DNA of 64,000 nt from the NCBI GenBank assembly GCA_050117845.1, contig JASFLY010000005.1, positions 1-64,000 on the forward strand, given 5' to 3'. Position numbers and translations under genes: made by a program. The notes below the pieces were generated by a model that did not search any database, had not been told where the DNA came from, and saw only the letters and a program-made list of their open reading frames with translations. Positions 49,215-58,528 of the stretch are shown in pieces. Every line of letters begins with the position of its first letter. Position 1 is the stretch's first letter. The DNA is from Candidatus Zixiibacteriota bacterium. Lineage in GTDB: Bacteria; RBG-13-66-14; B26-G2; WVWN01.

Positions 49215-49967
49215 TTAGAGTACGCCCCAGGTCAGGCCCGCTGTGACGGCCGTTTCGCCGTCGGCGGCGCCGAGGCCGACCGACACGCCGGCGTCAACGG
49301 CCAGGTTCTCCAGAACGCCCACGCTAACGCCGCCCCCGGCGGCCATGGGGTATTCTTCGTTCCCGGGGGAGGTCTCCTCGCTCGCGAGTTCCGCCAGGAA
49401 CTCGGCCGCGAGCGAGACCGGCCCGAAGGCCGCGAACTCCGCGGCCGCGGCCACGTTCGCCGCGCCCTCGCCGTCGCCCTCGTCAGGGATAGCGTACGCG
49501 TAACCGACGTTGGCGTGCAGCGCCAACGGCCCCGTTGCGAAGCTGAAGGCCGCGAGTGCGCCCACGTCGGTCGTCCCGGAGCCCAGGCCCTTTTCGTCGT
49601 CGCCCGTGGCGAGTTTCGCCTCCGGCACGAAGGCGAGGGCCGGCCCGGCCTCCTCGTCGCCGAACGCCATTATCTTGGCCCGCAGGGCGACATCGCCGAT
49701 GCCGGATTCCCCGTCGCCCTCTTCCGGAGAAATGATTACGACCGGCACTTCGGCCGCGACGTTTAGCGTGTCGAGTACACCGTACGTCCCTACGAAACAG
49801 GGGCCGTACTCCTGGCCCGCTTCGTCGACGCTAACGTAATCGAAACCCACTTCGACCTCGAGGCCGCGGGCCGCTACGCCGTAGGCGTCTTCCGTCGAAA
49901 GCGGCCTCCCGGCCCAACAGGGGGCGGCGGCCGCGCACATCATTAAAACCCACGCGAAACCTTTCAT
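49215..49967 (-). CDS. Putative outer-membrane beta-barrel in the Ni uptake operon
   Basis: Signal peptide; RPLSTEDA, GIGD and KLATGD..GLGSG motifs; C-terminal AGLTW. Confidence 0.7.
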   Translation of the reverse strand: MKGFAWVLMMCAAAAPCWAGRPLSTEDAYGVAARGLEVEVGFDYVSVDEAGQEYGPCFVGTYGVLDTLNVAAEVPVVIISPEEGDGESGIGDVALRAKIMAFGDEEAGPALAFVPEAKLATGDDEKGLGSGTTDVGALAAFSFATGPLALHANVGYAYAIPDEGDGEGAANVAAAAEFAAFGPVSLAAEFLAELASEETSPGNEEYPMAAGGGVSVGVLENLAVDAGVSVGLGAADGETAVTAGLTWGVL

Positions 49968-49975
49968 AATACCTC

Positions 49976-50004
49976 CGTAACACGCTAATGATAATAGTGT
50001 TACG
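49976..50004. promoter_or_regulatory. Putative NikR operator
   Basis: Perfect inverted repeat CGTAACAC-N13-GTGTTACG between nikR and the transporter operon, next to the RBS. Confidence 0.75.
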
Positions 50005-50031
50005 AGAGGGTAATAAAAAACGGTTCGCGTG

Positions 50032-50451
50032 TCAAGGCAATTCGTCCCCCGCCGCGACGAGGGTGAGTTTGCCGTGTTTTACCCCCCGGGCGCCGATGAG
50101 ACGGTCGGCCAGCTTCCGGATTTTATCCGCCCGGCCTCGCACGACGAGTACCTCCAGGCAGTGGTGACGGTCGAGGTGGACGTGCAGCGTCGAGACCACA
50201 ACGTCGACCTCGTCGTGCTGGATGGATGTGAGTTTTTCCTGGAGATCCGCGGTATGGTGGTCGTAGACGAGGGTTACGGTTCCCACGGCCTGTCCCTTGC
50301 CCGCGCGCCACGCCTCCTCCGCCAGGTAGTCCCGGATGAGGTCGCGTATGGCTTCCGAGCGGGAAGCGTAGCCCTTTCCCGAGATGAGTTTATCGAAGGC
50401 CGCGAGTAGCTCGTCCGCCAACGAAACGCCGAATCGTACTATTTTTACCAT
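50032..50451 (-). CDS. nikR: Nickel-responsive regulator NikR
   Basis: RFGVSL, SRSEAIRDLIR, YDHH and HVHLDRHHCLE motifs. Confidence 0.95.
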   Translation of the reverse strand: MVKIVRFGVSLADELLAAFDKLISGKGYASRSEAIRDLIRDYLAEEAWRAGKGQAVGTVTLVYDHHTADLQEKLTSIQHDEVDVVVSTLHVHLDRHHCLEVLVVRGRADKIRKLADRLIGARGVKHGKLTLVAAGDELP

Positions 50452-50555
50452 ATACGTTTGATGCTTTTAAGCCGCTTATCCGATTACGGCCAAGCTACGG
50501 GATTATAAATTATCCTCGTCGTTTACGAAAGGGAAAATCCGGCCCCGCCCGGCCG

Positions 50556-51998
50556 TTAGATTTTAGTATATACCAGCAGGTTGTATACCAGCGCTTGGAG
50601 TACGTTTAAGCCGAGGACCAGCGCGGCCTCTTTGAAGCTGCCCCGGGCCCGCCGGGCGAGTTCCCGTCCCGCCGCAAACGCGAAAAACGGGACCAGGAAT
50701 AACCATATCCTTTCGACTTCCCCCAGTATTAAACCCGAGAAATTATAAGCTAAGAATACGACGGCGAAGCCTATCGTTACGGCTCCGTAGAACGACCTTC
50801 GAACCTCCGGCCTCGTGACCGCCCGGCATAAAGCTCGGACGTACAGTATCGCCGTGGGGACGCCCATGAATAAAAACATTGCGTACAGGTTCCCGAAGGT
50901 ATAAATCCAGTACGAACGGTGCCCCGGCCCCGGCGCTTCGGCCATACCCAGGCCGAGTTTTCGGGCGGCGAATTTAAAGACGTTATCGCCGGCCGAGTAA
51001 AACTCCTGGTTCATGCGGTACGCTTTTTCGAAGACCGCTATGTGATCGTATCCCGTAATAATTTGGAATACGGCAAGAGCGCCGGCCGCGGCCGCGAAAA
51101 CGGTCAAGCCGCAAGCTATCGACCGGCCCCACCCCCGGCCGCTCAACGCCGCCGCGATCGCGAACATTATTATTAGCGGTATAAATACCGCTTGAACGTA
51201 CGAGGTACTAAGGGCGAACGCAAGAGCGACGCCGGCCCCGGCCGCCCAGCCCCACGGCCGGTGGGACGTAAAGGCTTTAATGGTAGCGACCAGAACCGCA
51301 ACCGCAACGAGGCAGTAGAAACCGTCGACCTCGGGGCCGAAAATAAGTAGGGTGGGGGCGACGGCGAACAGCGCGGCGGCCCAGGGGGCCTTTTCGTTTC
51401 CGAGTAAGGCCCGGCCGCCGTAGTATAGAACCGGGACCGCGACGGCGGCGGCAAATATAAAGAAGAACGAGATGGCGTAAATATTCCCGTCGAAAACGCG
51501 GTCCAGGCCTCCTATCAACCAATACGTTACGCCCGGCCTGGTTCGGCATTTACTGAATACGTCCTTCGCTAGGCCGGCGTAATCGGCGAAGACGTCGGGC
51601 AGCCGGTAGATGTACCGGGCGTCGTCCAGGAAAAGCCTGAGCCAGTTGAACGGCAGGTCCCGGCCGTACCCGGGCGCCAGGTCGACGCCCGCGATCCCGA
51701 GCAGCGCCCCGGTTCCCATGATCCACGGCTTGCGCCGCCGTGCCCCCAGGAATATCAGGTACAGCGCGGCCCCGCCGGCCGCGACGGCGAGTGCGGCCCA
51801 CGGGGAGAGGATCGGGTCCCAATAGGCGAATAGGGGATTAAGCCAAATATCGCCGGCGTAGCTCGAGCGGACGACGAAGAGCGAGACACACGTGGCGAGT
51901 ACTATTGCGGCGTAACCGGCGGCGGTTTGCACGTAGAAGTTGCCGACCAGGCGTCGCCACGCCGTTTTGCCCTCGTCTTCTGGAAGTTCCGGGACCAT
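50556..51998 (-). CDS. Polytopic membrane protein, GT-C-like glycosyltransferase (paralog 1)
   Basis: Multiple TM helices; RPG and GEVERIWLFL motifs. Confidence 0.65.
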   Translation of the reverse strand: MVPELPEDEGKTAWRRLVGNFYVQTAAGYAAIVLATCVSLFVVRSSYAGDIWLNPLFAYWDPILSPWAALAVAAGGAALYLIFLGARRRKPWIMGTGALLGIAGVDLAPGYGRDLPFNWLRLFLDDARYIYRLPDVFADYAGLAKDVFSKCRTRPGVTYWLIGGLDRVFDGNIYAISFFFIFAAAVAVPVLYYGGRALLGNEKAPWAAALFAVAPTLLIFGPEVDGFYCLVAVAVLVATIKAFTSHRPWGWAAGAGVALAFALSTSYVQAVFIPLIIMFAIAAALSGRGWGRSIACGLTVFAAAAGALAVFQIITGYDHIAVFEKAYRMNQEFYSAGDNVFKFAARKLGLGMAEAPGPGHRSYWIYTFGNLYAMFLFMGVPTAILYVRALCRAVTRPEVRRSFYGAVTIGFAVVFLAYNFSGLILGEVERIWLFLVPFFAFAAGRELARRARGSFKEAALVLGLNVLQALVYNLLVYTKI

Positions 51999-52046
51999 GT
52001 ATCTTCGGGGGGTGGTATCGCTTCGCCGGGGAGCGGCGATTATGGT

Positions 52047-53498
52047 TTAAAAGCCGGTCAGCATCAACGCGTTGTAAATAAAGGCCTGGGCCGCGGCGAG
52101 GCTTACGGCGATTGTGAGAACCTTCCGGCCGCCCGGCCCGCGGGCGATACGGAATAATTGGACGCCGGCGGGAATCAGGAAAACGGGGACCAGGAATAGC
52201 CAGACCCTTTCGACCTCCCCGAGAAGCAATCCCGAGAAGTTATACGCGAGGAATACCACAAGGGAAATTATTACGCTCAACCCGTAAAAAGAGCGGCGCG
52301 TGTCGCGGCCGGCGAGTACGCGGAATACTTCCCGTGTGTACAATACCGCTGCCGGGACGCCCATGGTTAAAAGGAAGGCGTACAGGTTGCCGACGACGAA
52401 GACCCCGTAAGGCCTACTGCCGGGTATCGGAACGCTCACGCCCGATAAACCGAGCGCTCTCCCCGCCATCTTGAACAGGTTGTCCCCTCCCGACGGTAGG
52501 TCCTGGGCTGCCCGATAGGCGCGTGCGAATACGCCGAGGTGGTCGTAGCCGGTTACGATTTGGAATAATAGGAGCGCGACGCCGGCCGTGAGTATCACCA
52601 GGGCCCACGCGGCGGCCGAGCGACCCCACCCCCGGCCCGATAGGGCGGCGGCGGCCGCGAATCCCGCAAGGAAGACGGCGAGTACCGTTAGCGCGAACGA
52701 CGACGTGAGCGCCGCGGCCAGGACGGCGCCGGCCCCCAGGGCCCAGGGCCAGGGCCGCGCCGACGACGCCGCGCGCAGGCCCAGGGAGAATACGCCGGCG
52801 GCGAGGAAACAATAAAGGCCGTCGGGGCCGCTCCCGAAAATGAGAAGCGACGGCGCGCAAGCGAACAACGCCGCCGCGACTATGCTTTCTTCCCGGGACG
52901 CCAGCGCCCGGGTCATTCGGTAAACCAGCGGGACGCTCGCGGCCGCGATTAAGACGATTAGCACTTCCAGCAGGTAAGTATTGCCGCCGAACAGGCGGTC
53001 ACAGGTCCCCAGAAACCAGTAGAGGCCCCCGGGCCTCACGCGGCAATGACAGCTTACGGTCCGCGTTATTTCGGCGTAGTCGGCGAAGACGTTCGGCGCC
53101 TGGAATAATATCCTGGCGTCGAAGACGGCGCGCTCGAGCCAATCGAAGGGGAATTTGCGGCCGCCGCCCGGGGCGGCGTTTACCGCCGCAATGCCGACGG
53201 CGGCCGAAAGCCACAGCGGCCAAACCTTGCCGGCCCTAACGCTCCACAGGGTCAGGGCCACCGCGGCCGCCAGGGCGACGGCCGCCACGGCCAGCCACGG
53301 CGTTATCCTCGGGTCCCAGTAGGCGTGGAGCGGCGTCAGCCATATCCTCCCCTCGTAATGGGAACGGAAGGGAAACGCTCGCAGGTACGTCGCGACCGCC
53401 ACGATGCCGTACGCCGCGACGAGCTGGGCGTAGAAGTTCCCGGCAATGCGGCGCCAGCGCGGCGTCGGGGAAGGTAGTCGTTCGGCCGTTGGTCCCAT
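52047..53498 (-). CDS. Polytopic membrane protein, GT-C-like glycosyltransferase (paralog 2)
   Basis: Clear paralog of the previous gene (YWDP, RPG, TGYDH, GEVERVWLFL). Confidence 0.65.
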   Translation of the reverse strand: MGPTAERLPSPTPRWRRIAGNFYAQLVAAYGIVAVATYLRAFPFRSHYEGRIWLTPLHAYWDPRITPWLAVAAVALAAAVALTLWSVRAGKVWPLWLSAAVGIAAVNAAPGGGRKFPFDWLERAVFDARILFQAPNVFADYAEITRTVSCHCRVRPGGLYWFLGTCDRLFGGNTYLLEVLIVLIAAASVPLVYRMTRALASREESIVAAALFACAPSLLIFGSGPDGLYCFLAAGVFSLGLRAASSARPWPWALGAGAVLAAALTSSFALTVLAVFLAGFAAAAALSGRGWGRSAAAWALVILTAGVALLLFQIVTGYDHLGVFARAYRAAQDLPSGGDNLFKMAGRALGLSGVSVPIPGSRPYGVFVVGNLYAFLLTMGVPAAVLYTREVFRVLAGRDTRRSFYGLSVIISLVVFLAYNFSGLLLGEVERVWLFLVPVFLIPAGVQLFRIARGPGGRKVLTIAVSLAAAQAFIYNALMLTGF

Positions 53499-53601
53499 AC
53501 GCGAAAATATAATAGCGCCGGCCGGGAAAGGCAAACAAAAAACCCCGGGCCGGAGCCGCGGGGCTTTTCGTTGGGGAATGGGGGGGGTACTCGTACCGGG
53601 A

Positions 53602-54375
53602 CTACTGTTCGCGGGCCAGCAAGGCCGCGCCGAAGGCCCCGACGAGTTGGGGCTGGGGGAGGGAACCTATCTCCCGTCCCAGCGCCATCGACAACGCCCG
53701 GGCGAAGCCGGCGTTCAGCGCCACGCCGCCCGACAGGACGTATCGCTCGCCGCCCGCGCGCCGGGCCATGGCGGCGATACGGTCGGCCACGGACAACAGG
53801 AGACCCGCGCCGATAGCGGCCGGAGGGACGCCCTCGTGCAGGTAACCGATGACCTCGGACTCGGCGAAGACCGTGCACATATTGTTTACCTTCGCCGCGT
53901 CGGGCCTGGCCGGGTCTACCTCCGCCAACTCCGCCAGGTCCATCTCGAGCGCCCGGGCCATTATCTCGAGGAAGCGGCCGGTCCCGGCGGCGCAGCGGTC
54001 GTTCATGACGAACTCGCCCACCTTGCCGTCGTCGCCGACGCGGATGGCCTTGACGTCCTGGCCGCCGACGTCGATCACCGTTACGCCCGCGCCCACGTGT
54101 TCGAACGCGCCCCGCGCGTGGCACATTATCTCGGTCACCGCCCGGTCCGCGAAGGGGACGCGCGCCCGGCCGTATCCCGTGCCGACCACGGCTTTAACCT
54201 CGCCGTTACTCAGGCCCAGGCTGGACAGCGCCCGGCGGAAGGCCTGCCGGGCGGCCTCGGCGCCGGCCACGCCGGTGGGGAGGACCGCCGTGGCGGCGGC
54301 CCTCCCGTCGCCGTTCACCACGACGCATTTGGTCGCGAGCGAACCGACGTCTACTCCCGCGTAATATCCAGGCAT
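53602..54375 (-). CDS. Acyl-CoA dehydratase activase / DCCP-reductase-type ATPase (BadF/BadG/BcrA/BcrD, ASKHA)
   Basis: GVDVGS, TGYGR, IDVGGQD, NDRCAAGTGRFL and CTVFAESE motifs. Confidence 0.92.
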   Translation of the reverse strand: MPGYYAGVDVGSLATKCVVVNGDGRAAATAVLPTGVAGAEAARQAFRRALSSLGLSNGEVKAVVGTGYGRARVPFADRAVTEIMCHARGAFEHVGAGVTVIDVGGQDVKAIRVGDDGKVGEFVMNDRCAAGTGRFLEIMARALEMDLAELAEVDPARPDAAKVNNMCTVFAESEVIGYLHEGVPPAAIGAGLLLSVADRIAAMARRAGGERYVLSGGVALNAGFARALSMALGREIGSLPQPQLVGAFGAALLAREQ

Positions 54376-54378
54376 TGT

Positions 54379-55656
54379 TTACGAACTCACTTGCTCTATG
54401 AACGCATCGATACGGGTTTTGAGCTGGCCCATGTCGCCCTCGGCGTAGTCCGTCTCCACCGGGATAAGGGGGATACTATTTTTGTCGGCGAACTTCTTAA
54501 CGTTCCCCTGTTCCACCAGGTACGGCGTGCAGAAGGACAGCGTGGCGTGGATTATGCCCTGGGCGCCGGAGTTCTTATATAAATAAGAGATGTCGTCGAG
54601 GCGGGGTTCGTTGGGCGTGAAGCAGGCGCAGTTGATTCCCATGTAGTGGTCTATGAGCGCTTCCTTCATCTCTTCCAACGTCTGCGCGCCCTCGTCCACG
54701 GTGCCCTTGTAATACCGGAAGCCGGTGCACATCTCCTCGGCCACGACGGCGGCGCCCGAGGTCTCCGTTATCTGGTGCAGCTTCCAGTTGGGGACCGCCA
54801 TCGGCGTGCCGGATATCATCAGGCGGGGAGTCCCCTTGGGGAATACGCCCTCGCCGGCCGCGACGCGTTTCTCCAGTTCGTCCGCGACGGCGTTGGTCGA
54901 TTGCGTGAAGCGCTCGACGTCGTCGTAGAAGGAGACCTGCATTATAAGGAGCGCGTCCTTGCCCGAGATGGGCGTCGGGTCCCTCCAGCGGAGCTCATGG
55001 ACCCTTTTTATGGCGTGGCGTTTCGCGTTTATCTTCTTCGTCGCCTCGGCCAGGTTCTCCGCGGTGAGTTTTTTGCCGGTCGTTTCTTCCATCGCGGCGA
55101 TGAACGCGTCGAGTTCGGCCCGCCAGAGGTCCCGGTCGGCCGGGTCCTTTTTATTGGGGACCTCCATCACGTAGACCGGGTGGATGTCGCCGAGCAGTTC
55201 GTACGCCTTCTTCTTGCCGTCGCACGTCGTTTCTCCGACAACGACGTCGGCCGCCTCGAAGTACGGGCATATTTTACCCAGCTTGAAACCGTAGAATGAT
55301 TTAATAAGGGGGCAGAGGTTGCGAGGCAGTTCGGTCTCGGCGATGGGCACCGAGAAATCGGCCCCGGCGCAGAGGCCCACGGCGATGCCGTCCAGCGCCA
55401 CGACGACTTCCTCGGGGACGAAGAGGCAGAACGTGCCGACGACCTTTCCGCCTTTTTCCTTGTGGTCCAGGAGTTCCTTGATGCGCAGGCCGTGGACTTC
55501 GGACATGACGAAGTCGAAGTATTGCATCGATTCCGGCCGGTTTTTTTGCTCGACGAACATCTTGACGTAGAATTCTCCCAGGGCCCCCAACAATACGTCG
55601 TGGTTTTCCATGTTAAGGCCGAGGCCTTCCCACATCGGTCTCCAGTTTTCCGCCAT
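54379..55656 (-). CDS. Double-cubane-cluster-containing reductase (2-hydroxyacyl-CoA dehydratase D-component family)
   Basis: N-terminal MW-LG...HD-LL...NRP-M-YFD-V-SEVHG-RI; Cys motifs TFC, LCAG, LCPLIKS, CPYF, TTCDGKKK, CTG, CACF and FC. Confidence 0.85.
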   Translation of the reverse strand: MAENWRPMWEGLGLNMENHDVLLGALGEFYVKMFVEQKNRPESMQYFDFVMSEVHGLRIKELLDHKEKGGKVVGTFCLFVPEEVVVALDGIAVGLCAGADFSVPIAETELPRNLCPLIKSFYGFKLGKICPYFEAADVVVGETTCDGKKKAYELLGDIHPVYVMEVPNKKDPADRDLWRAELDAFIAAMEETTGKKLTAENLAEATKKINAKRHAIKRVHELRWRDPTPISGKDALLIMQVSFYDDVERFTQSTNAVADELEKRVAAGEGVFPKGTPRLMISGTPMAVPNWKLHQITETSGAAVVAEEMCTGFRYYKGTVDEGAQTLEEMKEALIDHYMGINCACFTPNEPRLDDISYLYKNSGAQGIIHATLSFCTPYLVEQGNVKKFADKNSIPLIPVETDYAEGDMGQLKTRIDAFIEQVSS

Positions 55657-55678
55657 CGGGACGTCCTCCTACGGAATG

Positions 55679-55713
55679 AAAAAGCGCCGTTCCTCGTTTC
55701 CAGGAGGCGGCGC
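55679..55713 (-). terminator. Leader (attenuator-type) terminator directly upstream of the reductase RBS
   Basis: Minus strand GCGCCG-CCTCCTGGAAACGAGGAA-CGGCGC-TTTTT, located between promoter and ATG. Confidence 0.7.
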
Positions 55714-55750
55714 CGGGTATCCACGGCCTACGACGGAGCCGGTTCGTCCG

Positions 55751-55876
55751 TCAAGACGGCGTTAGAACGAACCCACGCGTCGCCCCTGCGTTATTTTTTT
55801 TATCGGACCCGAACCGGGCCGGTATGCGCGGTTCGCGCGCCGAACATCAGGTTTTCCGGAACGCGTGGATTTGCAC
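55751..55876 (-). CDS. Putative leader peptide B, MQIHAFRKT-[TGA]-C... (9 aa if terminated at TGA, 41 aa if read through)
   Basis: AAAGGAG RBS, 8 nt, GTG 55876; TGA 55849-55847 followed by TGT; homologous to leader A. Confidence 0.6.
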
Positions 55877-55905
55877 TATCATTACTCCTTTCGGCAGGTT
55901 CCGAA

Positions 55906-55934
55906 ATTCTAAATGACCGGGGCGTCTTTGTCAA
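55906..55934 (-). promoter_or_regulatory. Sigma70-like promoter of leader B/reductase operon
   Basis: TTGACA-N17-TAGAAT. Confidence 0.8.
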
Positions 55935-56108
55935 CCCGAAACGCTTCCTTTTGCATGGGGGTAGAGGTTTGGGGGATTCGCCGGCTTCGGCCTCCGGGAC
56001 GCCGTCAGAATCACCCTATTGATAAAAGAATATTGCGGCCGCGCCCGAAGGTACGGCCCTACTGCGGTGTTTTCCGCGGCCGGCGCGGCGCGGCGCGGGC
56101 CTTTTCTA

Positions 56109-56137
56109 TTGACAAGGGCCGTGTCGGATTATAGAAT
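56109..56137 (+). promoter_or_regulatory. Sigma70-like promoter of array gene 1
   Basis: TTGACA-N17-TAGAAT. Confidence 0.8.
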
Positions 56138-56193
56138 TAAAAAGATAAAGGATACGAAATTACGGCGTTAACTTAATAGAAGGAGCCGGGAAT

Positions 56194-56820
56194 ATGAAAA
56201 CCTTCGCGGTATCTTTGCTGTGTCTGGCGGCCGCCGGCGCCGCTTTCGGCGCTACCGCAATCGTCGGCAGCAGTAATACGGATGCGTATTACCCGTTCCG
56301 TGGATGTTGAGGGGTCGACGCCTGCCGGAGCCAGGATCTGGTTCTGACGTCGGATAAAGTCCCGCCGGGAACGATAAGCAAAATCGAGTGGTACTCTAAC
56401 AGCGATACGGAGGGCGGAGACTATTACAGCTTCAAAATAAAGCTGTGCAACACGCCGCGGACGTCCCTCGTGGCGAACTTCGCCAATAACTACGGCGGCA
56501 ATACGCCGGTGGAAGTATACAGCAAAGTATCGCAAACCCTTAACGTAACGCCCTATTCGTGGTTCGGCTTCGAGTTCGGGACCAACTTCAACTACTCCCG
56601 CACGCAGAATCTCCTGGTCGAGGTCGTCTGGAACGGCGATTCCGACGGCCACGTTTACAATTACTGGGCCCCGACCAGCGCGAACCGGTGTGTTTATAAT
56701 ACGAACGGCGGTACGCCGGTCGCGAATAAATTCGTTCATTATATGCGAATCACGATAGCGCCCAGCAACCCCGCCGTCGCGCCGACGTCGCTGGGGCGGG
56801 TCAAGGCGCTGTTTGATTAA
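56194..56820 (+). CDS. Secreted family B protein 1, candidate selenoprotein (YPFRGC-U-GVD), 208 aa
   Basis: AAGGAG RBS; signal peptide; in-frame TGA 56308-56310; hairpin 56326-56346; C-terminal AVAPTSLGRVKALFD. Confidence 0.85.
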
Positions 56821-56839
56821 CTGAACCAACGCGATTCCG

Positions 56840-56866
56840 AGCCGGCCTTCGGGCCGGCTTTTTTTT
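56840..56866 (+). terminator. Intrinsic terminator
   Basis: AGCCGGCC-TTCG-GGCCGGCT followed by T-run. Confidence 0.85.
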
Positions 56867-57027
56867 AGGGTGACGGTTGCCCCCCGGGACGCTTGGCGCC
56901 TACTATATCTAACACAATTGCTAAGATATGGATAATAATCTTGACGTAATCGCTGTCAGATATTAATATATCTCGTGTAGGATTGAGTTTCCAACTCGAA
57001 CTTGAGGGAATTAGAGGAGGCAAAATC

Positions 57028-57648
57028 ATGAAGGGAGCAGCGGTTATCGTGGTATGCGCGTTAGCCGTCGCCGGGGCCTTCGCCGACACGATCATCGTCG
57101 GCGGCACGTCGACGTACAGCGCGTACCCGTTCCGGGGATGTTGAAGCGTCGATTCCGTACGGAGCCAGGGTCTGGTTCTGTCGAGCGATACGGTTCCCGC
57201 CGGCGAGATTAAGAAGTGGGAATGGTACACCTATGTTAGTTCGTCCGGGACGTACTACAATTTTTCGTTGAAATGCTGCCACACTACGGCCGCCACCCTC
57301 GTGAACGATTTCAACACGAACTACGGGGGTAATACGCCGGTTACGGTGTACGGCCCGACGTCGGCCTACGTCCACGGGACGGAGAACACCTGGTTCGGCT
57401 TCGACTTCACGACGCCGTTCTACTACAACGGTTCGGACAACCTCATCATGGAAGTAGACTGGAACACCGACACCGGCGGATACGCGTATATCCGCGCGGA
57501 CAGCGTGGCGGGGCGCTTCGTGTACTCGTCGAACGGCGGTAGCCCGCACCCCGGAGACTACTTCCATTATCAACGGATAACCATTACGACCGGCGGCGCG
57601 GCCGTAGCGCCGACGTCGCTCGGCCGCGTTAGAGCGATGTTCAACTAA
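57028..57648 (+). CDS. Secreted family B protein 2, candidate selenoprotein (YPFRGC-U-SVD), 206 aa
   Basis: GGAGG RBS; signal peptide; TGA 57142-57144; hairpin 57160-57180; own promoter TTGACG-N17-TAATAT at 56941. Confidence 0.85.
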
Positions 57649-57671
57649 GTCTTACGAATAAGCATTCGATG

Positions 57672-57695
57672 GCCGGCCTTCGGGCCGGCTTTTTT
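57672..57695 (+). terminator. Intrinsic terminator
   Basis: GCCGGCC-TTCG-GGCCGGC followed by TTTTTT. Confidence 0.85.
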
Positions 57696-57781
57696 CGCGC
57701 CGAATCTTGACACCGTTTATCATATTTAGTAAAATTGAAGTGTACGCGTTCCGTTAATACGATGGGTCGGAAAGGAGGCCC

Positions 57782-58411
57782 GTGAAGATTATCAAGGTAC
57801 TAATCCCGTTGATCGCGTGCGCGGCGACGATGGCGTCGGCCGATTACGTCGTGATCGGCAAGCGGACGACGATGTGTTCCTTCCCGTTCTACGGTTGCTG
57901 AAACACCCAAACCGTACGGTGCCAGGAATTGGTGCTGCAAAGCGAAGGCCTTATCGCGGGGACTATAACAAGGTGGGAGTGGTACGTGAGTTCGCTCGTT
58001 ACCGCCGGGTATATGAAGGAATTCACGCTCACCATGTCCCATACGGGCGTGGAGGAGATGGCCCCGGATTTCGAAACCAATTACGGCGGGTTCGAGCCCG
58101 CCGTCGTGTACTCGGATCCCCGGCAACTCATCGCCGCGGAGCCGTACCGCTGGATGGGTTTCGACCTCGACCAGCCTTTCGAGTACAACGGTACCGACAA
58201 CCTCATCATCGAGGTATATTGGAAAGGCCGCGACGGGGGGCCGAGCGCCGTGACCTATTGGGGCGAGAAGCCGGGAAGGATTTGCATGTACGCGGGTCCG
58301 GTGGAATGCGACCCGGCCGTCTTCAATTTCCAGCATAATATGCGGGCCACGGTAACGCCGACCGCCGTCTCGCCCACGTCGCTGGGCCGCGTCAAGGCGA
58401 TATTCGAGTAA
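57782..58411 (+). CDS. Secreted family B protein 3, candidate selenoprotein (FPFYGC-U-NTQ), 209 aa
   Basis: AAGGAGG RBS + GTG; TGA 57899-57901; hairpin 57917-57937; promoter TTGACA-N17-TAAAAT at 57707. Confidence 0.85.
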
Positions 58412-58528
58412 CGGCGTATGGCGCGTTGGAGGACGGACCCCGGGGCCGGCCTCGGCCCGCCGGCGATAAACTTGACAAGTTAAACCCCATCTAGTACCAT
58501 AATAGGGAAAGGAGGTGTGACGGCGCTA

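Noticed and set aside
55860..55900. Cobalamin riboswitch or T-box identity for leader B (GTGCAAATCC and AAAGGAGTA fragments)
   Set aside because: No downstream CCCGCxACTGT or B12 box and no GGTGGNACC T-box in the right order. These fragments are not conserved in leader A except as the RBS.
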